A stretch of 62,157 nt of DNA, counting the filler, from Rhabdomonas costata (Eukaryota), in NCBI GenBank assembly GCA_019059605.1. It is 32 parts of 32 records of this genome, joined end to end, with 100 filler letters (N's around TTAATTAATTAA, not from the genome) between each part and the next. Parts side by side here need not be neighbours in the genome. Positions count along the whole stretch, not along the records: positions 35,057 to 36,900 come from JAHMHO010008305.1; positions 37,001 to 38,842 come from JAHMHO010008306.1; positions 38,943 to 40,785 come from JAHMHO010008307.1; positions 40,886 to 42,728 come from JAHMHO010008308.1; positions 42,829 to 44,671 come from JAHMHO010008309.1; positions 44,772 to 46,614 come from JAHMHO010008310.1; positions 46,715 to 48,557 come from JAHMHO010008311.1; positions 48,658 to 50,500 come from JAHMHO010008312.1; 24 more parts are not named here. One strand, 5' to 3'. A model generated the notes under the pieces. The model did no database searches and was not told the DNA's origin. It saw only the letters and a program-made list of their open reading frames with translations. The translations under genes were made by a program, and so were the position numbers. Positions 36,664 to 48,716 of the stretch are shown here, one piece after another. Every line of letters begins with the position of its first letter. Position 1 is the first letter of the stretch.

Positions 36664-37000
36664 GTGCGCCCCCTCATTTCCGATGAGGCCCCCGGCGATT
36701 GGTGAGGTCTCGGAGGCCGGCTGAACAAGCTAGATAGGCCCACCTGGTTGAACCCCCAGAACAGCTTTAAGAGAAAGAGCTGTAACTGAAGAAGGTACCC
36801 CAATAAAAACACGTCCAATGCTGTAACATTGTTAAAAGGCTTAACGTACGTGATTAACCATTCAATCGCCCCCCACCCTCATATACATCGGAAAACTTGG
36901 NNNNNNNNNNNNNNNNNNNNNNNNNNNNNNNNNNNNNNNNNNNNTTAATTAATTAANNNNNNNNNNNNNNNNNNNNNNNNNNNNNNNNNNNNNNNNNNNN

Positions 37001-37140
37001 CCTTTACATATCCAGGCAAGTGTCCGTCAGGAACACCCCCCTTCGCCCTGATCCAGTTCTTCAGTCTGCCCCAGGTTCCATCAATTCCATTGGTTGAAAT
37101 GGTCCGCTGCTGTCCTCTAACAACTTCATCATAAATTGTC
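37001..37140 (-). mobile_element. Merlin/IS1595 (ISXO2-like) DDE transposase C-terminal fragment
   Basis: ISTNGIDGTWGRLKNWIRAKGGVPDGHLPGYVK fits xTNxIEGxWxxLKxxIxxxxGVxxxHLxxYxxE. It is cut by the contig end, and the upstream part is missing. Confidence 0.75.
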
Positions 37141-40100
37141 AACATGAGTAACAAAAAATAAGGGAAGGAAAAAAAGGGTCACCGCGAAAGGAGTGCCAGA
37201 GAGACTTCAACATTTGCAGAGCCAGCAATCGGTGGGCAGGCGATACCGCGAGAATCAGGTTGTCTCTGCGTCTTTTGTTGCTGCTGCTGCTGCTGCGAGG
37301 GTTTCTGTGCGCGGTGCCCACCATTTGCCACGTTTCTCTCAGGGCTCGTTGCAATGGGGCGCGAGAGCCGGTTCCCTTCTGCCACCCCACCGCCACACTC
37401 CCCGCGCCAGGACAGATGCCCAAGAACCAGCACCGCAATTATGACCAGCGTAGACCAGAAGAAGAAGCGGGGCAGTGGTGCTCTAGTGGTGTTTGTGTGC
37501 GTGTGTGAGAGGGAGAGATAAGGGGGAAGAAGCGCTAACGTGGAGAGGAAGATGAAGAGAAGATAAAAAGGCAAAAAGGCTGCACACGAGGAGGAAAGGC
37601 GGGGAAATCTTAGGAGCGAAGAGCATGACCGATTGGGTTCGCGTTTAGATTTCAGATTTCTGGACACGTTCGAGCGAGGGCGGTACTCACAATGAGGAGT
37701 GGAATGTCACAGCGAACTCAGGCACGGGGCTTTGCTCGCCCTCCCAGCAGAAGGAAATCTGGTACTCCCCGGGAAGGGAGACTGCCGCGGTGACATCAAA
37801 GCGCCCATATTGTGCAGCCGGATCTCCGGCCCGCGACTCCCCGTGACGGTGCCACCAGATGACGTCAAAGGAGAGAACAAAAAGGGACCGATGACACCGC
37901 TAACCACCCAGGAAATGGTCAATGATCGTCGCTTGCCAAGGTTACCAACAGTTGTGGATTCACAGGGAAGGTACTCTAAGAAGAACCCAAAGCATTCTCG
38001 AAAATTCTGCTGAATCCCGCCTTGTATTCGTACACTACATGGGTGAGCACATCTGGGTGGGCTACTTTTTCTCCCCAAAACCTGTTTAAAGTCCAGAAGT
38101 GTTCGCGTTTTGGCCGCCTGGTATATCGAAAAAAAAACGAGGACCGCGCCCCAAACATACCGGAGGCGGCTGAATCAATGCCTCTCCGCCTCACTTCGGC
38201 GCCAGTGTTGTGGTCTTCGCGCTGTGCAAGCGAGGAAAGGGTGTTGCTCGTATTTCTCACCAGAACCAGAAACTTGATCATTTGTGGTCGTGAGCACATC
38301 CAATCCAAAATCTCCAGCAAACCGGAAACACAGCAAAATATCCGAATGCTGTCGCGGCTTAAGTGCAGAGCTTCTCACCAAAGTCAGTCTACCCCGGCAG
38401 AGAACTTGAAATGGGACCATGCGAAAAATGCTTAACACCACAAAAAATTATGCAGGGGCGCTCGACTGACAAACAGTAACGAAAGACGACTGCAAAAAAA
38501 AAAACCTGACCCCTGCGGGGGGTTGCCCAATCCCATTGACTCCTCGAAGCACCCCACGTTGTGCTTCGCGACCTTTTGTGAGGGGTTGGACACGGAAACG
38601 GACGGACATACAGGAAAGATGGCTGTGATCGGAGGTGGGGTCGGTTGGGGGAAAGAGGAGAAACGAAGGAAATACAGAGAAACGAAGAGACCTGGAGGGG
38701 AGAACATTGGCCATTCGTTGTGTGCTCTGAGTTGAACATGGTATCAGAGAAAACGCGTAACTGGGGAAACGGAGACGGTGCACCAAAGATGACTGCTTGC
38801 TTTCAGTTGATGGGGCAAGCGGGAAAGGGCTCCAACCCAAAANNNNNNNNNNNNNNNNNNNNNNNNNNNNNNNNNNNNNNNNNNNNTTAATTAATTAANN
38901 NNNNNNNNNNNNNNNNNNNNNNNNNNNNNNNNNNNNNNNNNNTGCAGCGGATAAATTTCCTAGCTGTGGGGCCGCCATAAAGCCTGAAGAGCACAGAGGC
39001 AATCATTGGAATAACATCAGGATCCAGGCTTACCTCTGTGCTCTTCAGGCTTTATGGCGGCCCCACAGCTAGGAAATTTATCCGCTGCACCAATAATCTT
39101 GTATATAACCACCCATTTTCTACCTTTTCCTTCGTCACTGGCAATTTTCAACACTTTGTAAAGCGACAACATTCAAAAGGTGAAGAAAAACAAAAAGTAA
39201 TAAAGTATGGGTACACAGCCGACGTAAAGCCATTTATATCTCCGCCAATGTAGACACGTCTATTGTATGTAGACACATATTCCATTGGTGTGCACGTAAA
39301 CCATAGGTAGACATCCTCCGTGTGGTGGCATACATCCGTAGCGGAGTATGAAAAAGTGTAACGCAGTGATGTCTTGACATCTTGGCACCTGCGGTAGAAA
39401 TGCCCACTCACTCCATCAGCATCATCACCCTACATTCACTACATCATCAGTACGTAGAATGCAGTCACGACGAAGGAGTGGCGCATGCGGAGTAGGTATG
39501 TTATGATCACACGTAGCGTAGCAAAGTGGGAGTAAATATGAAAGCGTAACGTCACTCCATCAGTATGCTTTTTGGTCTCACTTCATCACAATTTACACAA
39601 TACGTCATGAAAGCATGGTTCGAAAGTGGCACTTTGTACTAGTGAGTCACTCAGATTAACATCAGCGTAGGGTATGCGTATGGTAGAAGGTGCGTCGCGT
39701 CACTCTTGCCTCTCATGTTGGCATCATCCTCACTCTCATCCTCACTCTCACTCCACGTAGATCTGGCGGTGGATGTGCAACTGGTGTCTCAGCTCATCAA
39801 TTAGTAGGGTGTAGATGCGTCCCTCTCACCCCTCGCTCCCTCCTCACGTACCATTTCAACATCATAATGTGTGTGGTTGCCCTTCCTCCAACGGTGGAAG
39901 GTGTGTGGGATGGTGGTGGGTGTGGCATACACGTTCTCCGCGTCACCCCTGTAGACACTGTGTCACTCGGCATCCATTACTTGGCCCTATGCTCTCGCGT
40001 TAATGGCAAGAGTGTGGTTGCCACATTTAGTGGGTCGGAATCGGACCCCACCACTTCGGAGTCTAGACACATGGTATGATAGGCACAATGTGCACAAGTA

Positions 40101-42333
40101 TGGTACATAGTTGATGCTCTGACCACTCACGCTGTATATTATTGCGTCATCACTAATCCTCCGTGAGGTTAGATAGCGTTATGGTGGTTGTGGTAACGAC
40201 TCCATCCCACGAGTACCGGTGGTTCAGATAGTCAGCCAGTATTGGTGGCCTCATCCGTGTGTTCCCGTATTGCCAGACGTAATTGAAATAGCTCGTTTGG
40301 ACCAGTGCTTGCTCAAGACAGCTCTCAACGACTTCTGCGGACGTATGGAACTAGATATCGGCTTCTGAATGGTACACATCTCTCGTGGATGAAAGAAGGC
40401 CAAAGAAATGGAGAAAGTTGAGCAGCACCTGATGATCACACCAAAGTCTACAAAAAAACAACGGAACCCAGCCCCTGACACCTTACGCATGAAAAAGGAA
40501 TATCCAACAGCAAGTACATGAGACAGAGATACAACATGACGACAGAAGGCCGACACCCGAATCCGAAAACGACACCAAAGACCACACAATGAGACGCTGA
40601 CACCACCATCCGACACCGAACACAAGAATCGCACGACACCACAAACCACGACACCAACCACTCCATCAGCCCCAACAAGCACACACCATGACCAACAGAC
40701 CCACTGATATCAACACCTCGACACACAGACACTATGCAACAACACTATGCACCAACACTCCGACACCTACACAGAACCTTACACCNNNNNNNNNNNNNNN
40801 NNNNNNNNNNNNNNNNNNNNNNNNNNNNNTTAATTAATTAANNNNNNNNNNNNNNNNNNNNNNNNNNNNNNNNNNNNNNNNNNNNACCCTCACTTTGCGC
40901 AGTTTTTTGAACCAGGGCCAAGCAAGTGCGACAAGTGATACTACAAGAAATGTTCTGCGGAAAAGCGTCTGCGCACAGCAGAGGTAGTGGTCGATCCTGA
41001 GGTCAGGAAAAGTCAAACAAAAGACAAAGGGCAAACACATGAACAGACCCTGCCCTGCGGGACTTCATGGGGACACTTGCGACGCGCCTACATTTGAGAA
41101 CTGAGAAAGGAGTAAATAAAAAAGGTATATCTGCGGGTGCAAAAAGAGGAATAGAGATGAGCCCAATCCTTCCCCCGTCACTGTGGTGGACGAACCATGC
41201 TTACCTCCCTTGTAGCACGTGACGCTTTGTTACATTGCTGTCACGTGCACTGATGATGTTCCCTTTGTTTTTTTCTCGTCTCACGTACAAATTGAGCGAG
41301 ACGAAAGAACAACCACCACAGAAAAAGGGATGGGGCAAAAGCACTGTCGATTCAGTGTCCGCAACCACATGGTTTCCGATGGGAAACCTGAAGTTTCGCG
41401 ACCATCCCCCAACCTTTGCCCACCGCGTTTTTTTGAAGATCACTTTAATTTTCTCCTGTACCTCCCGTCCGCCTGTTACATGTGACCGAAATGCGGCTGC
41501 CCTGCGATCCTGTGAACGTGGGACACACTGAAGCAAGGGATCCTGAAGCCTGAAGAAAGTTTCTGCGAGCTTGATGAAGAGGTAGCCTTGAGAGCCCCCA
41601 TCATTTCCTAGCTTTTGCCTCTTAATATAGAACGACCATTGGGCAATTTCTTTTGAACGGGTCTCTCCGAATAGAGTCAGTGCTGCATGAGTTGCTCGCA
41701 AGTGTGCTGCTTGGATTGAACCTGCGAACATCTCAAAACGCCATAGGTATCCTTTTGGACGGCAGGCAAAGTTGAAGGTAATGTGAACAGCGTTTTCAGA
41801 CGAGGATGACCTGGACACCAGAAAGAGCACCACAAGCTCCTTAGCTTGTGTAGTTCTTGCGTGTGGACAAGAGACAAAAGCGGGCTGCGCACGATGCTCT
41901 TTACTGCTGCTGTCGTGTGAAGATTCAAGATGTCTGGTTGACGAAAGCCCGCTCTCCCCTGTTTTCTCCCCTGCGCACGCGCTTGAATGGAAACGCGAAA
42001 ACACATCAGAATGGGCAGAATCAGGAAGCCTTCGGAGTAACGTGAAAAAGAAACGCACCGCGGACCCCACCAAAAACTTGCAACATCTCATTGAGACGCC
42101 TCCAGCGCCATAGGAAAGGCGCCGCATCGCACGCAAAAGCCAAAAGAAGGGCCCTCACAATTAGCAGAGCCACGCAGGTCGCACTGGTTCTCTCGAAAGA
42201 TGCAGAGAGAAAGAGCAAAGACTAAACAAAAAAAGTACACTCAGCTAGGAGCTCTCTTTCCCTCCAAGGAAGGGAAGAGGATTGCATGTCAACGCATGCC
42301 TCACCCTATCAACTGAAAACATCGCTCAAAAGA

Positions 42334-42728
42334 CTACTTCCTCAGCTCCACCTTCAGTCCAATGCCTTCCTCCAGCACTGAGCCCTTCCGGAAGCTAGAC
42401 TCCGCTACGAGCTGCTCGATCCCCTGCTTGGTGTACGCCCCTCTCCGAAGAAAGTACTTGAACATCAGCTTGATGAACACGGCATCCATTCCTTCCATTT
42501 TCATCTCAGTCCTCACGTACTCGTCCAGCTTCTGGTTGCTCACGCTGTGGTTCATATCCACGATCAGGGCACTCGCCTCAGGCCGAAGCACGCGGTGCAT
42601 CTCATTCAGCGCGGCAAGGGGCTCCTGGAAGTTCTTGAACGCCGCCGTACAGATCACCATATCCACGGTATTCGAGTCGAGAGGGATCTGCGCCACACTG
42701 CCTTGAACAAACTTCACAACACCCCAAC
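42334..42728 (-). CDS. Class I SAM-dependent methyltransferase (Methyltransf_11/UbiE-like), C-terminal part, no intron in view
   Basis: FVQGSVAQIPLDSNTVDMVICTAAFKNFQEPLAALNEMHRVLRP....LIVD, ending at TAG. Confidence 0.9.
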
Positions 42729-43017
42729 NNNNNNNNNNNNNNNNNNNNNNNNNNNNNNNNNNNNNNNNNNNNTTAATTAATTAANNNNNNNNNNNNNNNN
42801 NNNNNNNNNNNNNNNNNNNNNNNNNNNNTGTGGTTTGTGGAGGCATCCAAACGGCCATTGATCCAGGGGTGGGGAGCGGGCACCAAGCAAACGTTAAAAT
42901 GAACACTGTGCTTCAGAAAGGGTCGAAAAGATGCTTTTTTGTCGGTGCACGACACTTTATTTCGTTTGTATGTCGTGCAGCTGCGGGTTCGATGCCACGG
43001 ACTGCGGGGTTACCCAG

Positions 43018-44247
43018 ATTCGCCTTGAGCTTCCCTCCGTGTTTCTTCATCTGAACCAGAGCGAGTACACGATCACCGTGGGCTCTGGCCCCTCCGCGCT
43101 GTACCTCAACCTCTCGGAGGTGTACCCCCTGCAGAGCACCAGGATCACCCGCGGGGTTCATGACCACAGCTATCGGATTCGCAGCACTTCAATTTCCCAG
43201 GTTTGACTTTGTTGCACCAGTTTTTCGTGGAAGAAGGCGGCTCGGCCTCCTTCTCTTTCCCGATGTGAGTCCGAATGGCACTTAGTCGCATGGTATGGAG
43301 GACGAAACGCACCACTTGTCCAATGTCCAAAACCGCACAAAGCACGCAAGCGCCATTGCGGTGTCAGAAAACAAGAGACAAAAATTTCCTTCGGAATTCA
43401 AAAATATTCAAAATTGTCTTCATGAGAAAGCGGTCGAACGGCAGCTTTTGATCGACTCACTGCTTCCTTGTCTGATCATAAAAGTTTCAACAACAGGGTT
43501 CAGAACCGTTCAGAGTAGTGCTCGCTCGTTGCGGCGTCGTTTAGCGAGGGACTGGAGTGGATTCGACCATCCAGAGACCTGTCCTGTTCTCCTGATAACT
43601 CGAACTCGTGAGCAGAATACTTTTAAAACTCCGAACGACCAAGTTCCTTTCGGAACTTTGCAGCGCTGTATAACTGAGCCTAACGTTTCCACAGCAGGTA
43701 AGCCCAGAGAGCTAGAGAGTGCATAGAATTGCTGGAGTGAGCCAGTGTGCGAATAAAATCACACTCATAGTGAAGCATAGCGCAAATCACCAACCACTGT
43801 TACCCGCTGACACCAGAAATTGGAAAAAAAACAGCTGGAGACAGGGCCTGTTGGAACTGGCATTTCCGCCAGGGCAATTGGTTATTGTACTTTGGACTCC
43901 AGTGTATGCGTTAATATATATACATGACATTCCACCATTCGCAGCTTGGCCAAAACGGTCAGTAGGATCGTTCAGACAACAAGTGTAATTATCACAAGTA
44001 TTAATTGTGAAAAAAACCATTCCTGAAACTGTTTGAATTCCTCTTCTTACCTGTCTTGTGATTCACACCAACGAATCCCGCTCTCCAGGCGCACCGCATC
44101 ATGGTACTCACTCTGCGCCGTGGGGTGGTGGGGGAGCAACACCGGGTGGAGTTCCGACTGGAAGGCGAGCTGGGGAAGAGCACATTGCACTACCCGTTTA
44201 ACCTGACCTTTATTTGGCCCCCCAGCGCCAACACCTCCGAGCGTCAG
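43018..44247 (+). CDS. Hypothetical beta-rich, probably extracellular glycoprotein (exons 43018-43200, 44089-44247)
   Basis: Phase-0 AG/GT-bounded exons of 183 and 159 nt, stop-free, with several N-x-S/T sequons. Confidence 0.65.
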
Positions 44248-44974
44248 GTCCTTTGATTCCCTCCCGGTGGCCTTTGTTTTCCTGAATGCAATTTTTATTG
44301 GATTTCTTTGTTCGTATTACTCACTCCCTTTCCTGCGCTACCCTCCCCTTTTTCCATCTCCTGTGTCGCCGAACACGCTGGACACTCACTTTTTGCTACC
44401 TCCCGCCTTCGCTCTCCCCCTCACAGTTTCCTTTTTTTGCGCGCCTTCTGTGCCGCCTGTCCCTTTTGTGTCCGGGTACTACCATGGGTACTACCATACC
44501 ACCAAATATGAGCCCCAACCCGTCACTCTAGCTCGAGTTCTGAGGTCAATGTTAGGTCTCCGGTCCGGTCCGGTCCGGTCCGGTCCGGTCCGGGAGTGAC
44601 CATGGCGGATGTCACCCAGCGAATAGGGCGAGGTTTTGGGCCGAAGTAAGTGGTCCTACCCCCCCCCCACCNNNNNNNNNNNNNNNNNNNNNNNNNNNNN
44701 NNNNNNNNNNNNNNNTTAATTAATTAANNNNNNNNNNNNNNNNNNNNNNNNNNNNNNNNNNNNNNNNNNNNCACTTCTTTGGGTGCCTCTTTGCATTTGC
44801 CATTATCCGAAATTATCAATTTTGCCATTATCCGGAACGCGGAAAGACCACAAACCTTGGCGTAGAGCCGCCGGCCCCAAATCCTTTACCCGCCGGGGTA
44901 CTTTTGACCGCGGCTTGGCATGGCCCTTTTGGACGTTGTTGGCCGGTGTCGGCTGTGATGCGTCCCAACTCCTC

Positions 44975-45095
44975 TGTTGATCGCGTTCGTGGGTGCGAAT
45001 GTCCGCTTCCACATTTAACTGCCTTGGAATGCGGGGGATTGTAATATTGAATTCTGTTATTTTTTTGCCCACGAATTCGTCGAGTGATCGTTTTT
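44975..45095 (-). pseudogene. Possible decayed retroelement RNase H fragment
   Basis: FNITIPRIPRQLNVEAD resembles the RNase HI C-terminal F.I.HIPR..N..AD motif. Upstream catalytic motifs were not found. Confidence 0.3.
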
Positions 45096-46830
45096 GTGGT
45101 GGTAAAGGTGTTGTTGGCAGAGCACAAAACCAGAAAAGGGCGATTAGAACAAACATCATCTCCGATTACGGTGTCTGAAACGCCTTTGTTGGGAATAAAG
45201 GCATTGTTCCGCCCAGAAAACACCAATACAATACAATATACAATCAATCTAAAGACGCTGGGCTTCGGGATCGCACTTTGGTACCAAGCGCGACGGCTGC
45301 TTGTTCGCCAGAAAATGGGAGACGCAAATCTGACGTTTTTTCCTTTTGCGGGGTCGGCCTATTCAAGATACAGCGGTATGACCGCGACGGGAAGATCGAG
45401 CGCATCTGCCACGGTAGGCAAAATAAAACCTTCGGAGCACCGCAAGCCAAAGTGGCCAGGAGGGCGCCGACTCTCCCCAAAACCTAAACCTGCTTTTTTT
45501 ACCGAATCCTACATTCCCAGCAATCAAGATTGGCACATCAGCGCCAAACTCCTTCCAAATGCAGATTCGGAAATTGGGGGGTGCATTGGTGTGGCCCGGG
45601 ACGCCCGGTTCACCGAAGATGCCCCCGGAGGTTTCGACGCCTGGTAGGAGGGGAATGATTTGAAACGGTGTAAAGGCAAAAAGGGCTCAAAAATACCCAA
45701 AATGGCCCTGAAATGGCATCGTGCGTGGCATGAAACCGAAGCATTCCGGCCCATTCCGGTGCCATCATGATGTACCACCGGGCTTTACCTTAGAGATGCT
45801 AAAAAGGCCCGGCAAAAAGCTTAGACTCAGCACGCGGGCCGGTGTTTTCCTGGACTAGATCTACTACTGTTTGACGACTGGTTGGACGAATATAGACAAG
45901 ATCCCTAAATCTTCGAGTATTTTCTGACAAGCACAACTACTGCAACAACGAGAGCCACGAGGACAAGCGGAATCACTGCAAGTACTGCCGACGTTGGGTA
46001 GATAAAAATCCTCGTGCCTAAGAATCTGGTGAATAAAATTATTGCGCATCACCACGAATAGACCGTCGCTGGTTACTGGTTGATTCATCGGACAGTTATT
46101 CCAATGAGTGCGAACACTGGTGCGTCAGTACATTGATTCATGCGACTCTGTCAACAATCCAACGATAAATATTACAAGGCATACAACATCTACCATACTG
46201 CTGCTGAAGACGCCGAGCGCATCTTTGAAGCTCAACATTGCCGACACAATGCATCGACATGACATACACACTTCAACCATGAAAGCCTTAATCCATCTCC
46301 ACCGTGATCTACTCTCACCATGCTGTGATAGTCAAAGCTTACCAAAAAAATTTCCTACTTAATTAACAGCACCAATTGGCAGCTTTCTATCAACAATTGT
46401 TCCAGCAAAAGCTTCGGATCAAGTCCTACTCCTGTACCTCAACCCAACGACAGTGATCTTTGACGATAAGCCCCAACACTTCAGCAAATTCCTCATCTCA
46501 AATAATGGTTCCTCTATACCTATCATTCATAAAAAAACCGGTATTTGAGGCTTAACAGGCCGTCATAGACATCTTCTTCAGCTTTACATACAGAATTAAT
46601 ATGCAAAAAACCACNNNNNNNNNNNNNNNNNNNNNNNNNNNNNNNNNNNNNNNNNNNNTTAATTAATTAANNNNNNNNNNNNNNNNNNNNNNNNNNNNNN
46701 NNNNNNNNNNNNNNGTGTTGGGGTGTGTTTGGTGGGGTGTGTTTGCCTAGTAACGAGACTGACGTGTGTGTGTGTGCGCGCGACGGACGCCGCCGCGAGA
46801 TGGCTACCCTCTCTGACCAACACAGCACAC

Positions 46831-48557
46831 CATGTGACGAGCACGACTGGTTGTTGGTCGACGGGCACTCCAGAGAGCAAGCCGATCCCGCATAGCCCGT
46901 GCAAACGCACTGCCCCGTGCCGGAGAGCCCCGAGTCGCATGTTCCGTGATCGCTGCCCTAAGACCCGTCCCCAAACTCAAGGGCCCAAAGTAATGTCGTT
47001 GTATCCCGTGATCAATGCGCAAGACTTTGTCTCACACCTCCTAAAGCCAAGGCAAGAACGGGGATGAAATGAAAACCGATCTTCTTTTTCAAACGAAAAG
47101 CAGCGGAAAACCTACAACACTGCCCAGGGGGCAAAGGCCGAAGCGCCTCCGGTTTTGTATGATCTTCTAGAAAATATAAAACGAGGGTAAATGCTGCAAA
47201 GCAGTCCTTGCACCTCATGACAATGGCCCTAATGACATACTTTGGACGGGTATACTTTTTCATTGAAGAGTGGTCACAACACTGCGGCTGGACAGGTTGG
47301 CACATTTAGGCATTGGCAAAGAGGGACGTGAAGGGCAAGGCAAAGAGGGAGGGAGTGAAGGATTTGTTTTTTTTTTGCACCGTGGTTCACAAAATAAGGG
47401 ACGCCAAAAAATGAATTCGCGCGGTGGGTGAGGGTGTGAGTGAAACTATGCCCGAGTAAGCGAGTGACACACTGCTGTGAACACGCGTCCGGTTCATACC
47501 GAGCAGGGAAGGCCCAGGAGGCCGACCGGGCACATCGAGGAGCAGCTCGGGCCGTACCGAGAGCTCACGCAGTCGTCGCAGGCCAGCCCCTGCCAGGCGG
47601 AGGTGCATGAGCATGAGCCGTTGCTCCTGCACACCCCCTGACCACCACACGTCTGGTGGCTTGCATCCAGAGGGCAGATCCTGAGAATCCCGGCCCGTCC
47701 ATCTCAAAAACACGTTGAAACATAACCTCACAGCTTTCAGACCTTTCTTTTGTACCACAGGGAAGGCGAAAGCTCACCGATGCGAACTCAGAAAGTGATT
47801 TGAACGAATATGCTTGAGTTTAGCAGGCACACACTTCGAACATGATCAAATACCCCCACAACCATAGACAGACAGCGGAAAGTGCCGAGAGGTTCGCTTG
47901 TTGCAATTCTCCGAAAGGTCCTTTCCGAAGTAATCTATTTATTTAAGGTTCCCGTTGTGTGTGGGAAAGACGATGGCTGTCCCTCTGGTCCCGCACGTCC
48001 CGCATGACGCACTAGCCCAAAGCATACGGAATAGGGGTGGTGCAGTTCGGGGCGGTGAAGCCCGGGGCACAGCTGTCGCAGTGGTCCCCCGTATAGACTC
48101 TGCACAAAAGAGCGAGGAATTTCACTAAACGTCCAACCTTTCACCCCCTCCCCCCCATTGGGAAGCTTACAACCAGCCAACTAACAACCTCGGTTGGTGG
48201 CAAAATGAGCGAAATGACATGAGGTCAACCTTTTCGCCCTCAGACGGAGAAAGAGAGTGCGCGAGACTCATTGACTGCTTTCTTTTTTCCTTTTTTTCTG
48301 TGCCGATTGATGTCCCGCACCCATGCATTGAATACCAGCTGCATGCTTCCACCTCATTTGGGAAAATGTTTCAAAGCATGGGGGACAATGTATGCAGTGG
48401 TGTGGATGTGAGTGCTGGCGGGCGGGCGCACCCCGCGGTTGGGCTCGAGCTGCAGATGCACTGCCCGGCCCTCCACACTCCATGGCTACCGCACTTGGCA
48501 CTGCCCCGGCTGCGCTGGAAGCCGACGACCGCGTCAGCGCCCGAGGTGACCCACCCC
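46831..48557 (-). CDS. Second EGF/laminin-EGF repeat protein, partial (at least 4 exons)
   Basis: KCGSHGVWRAGQCIC; YTGDHCDSCAPGFTAPNC; CSCTSAWQGLACDDCVSSRYGPSCSSMCP; HGTCDSGLSGTGQCVCTGYAGSACSLECP. Confidence 0.88.
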
Positions 48558-48716
48558 NNNNNNNNNNNNNNNNNNNNNNNNNNNNNNNNNNNNNNNNNNN
48601 NTTAATTAATTAANNNNNNNNNNNNNNNNNNNNNNNNNNNNNNNNNNNNNNNNNNNNTGTTTTTGGTAACAAAATATCGGTGCCCCAGCCCGTTGATGCA
48701 CCTGTTTTTTTCTCAG

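Noticed and set aside
41201..42136. 311-aa ORF
   Set aside because: It has no ATG start, no motifs and intron-like low-complexity stretches. At most it contains small exons.
42975..43010. GGGTTCGATGCC, a tRNA T-loop/B-box-like motif
   Set aside because: No cloverleaf or A-box can be built, and it lies just upstream of a splice acceptor.
47776..47794. ACTTTCTGAGT...TCG|GTGAG on the minus strand, resembling the Euglena spliced leader
   Set aside because: Only about 11 nt match, the T-rich SL body is missing, and it lies within an EGF gene, so chance is plausible.
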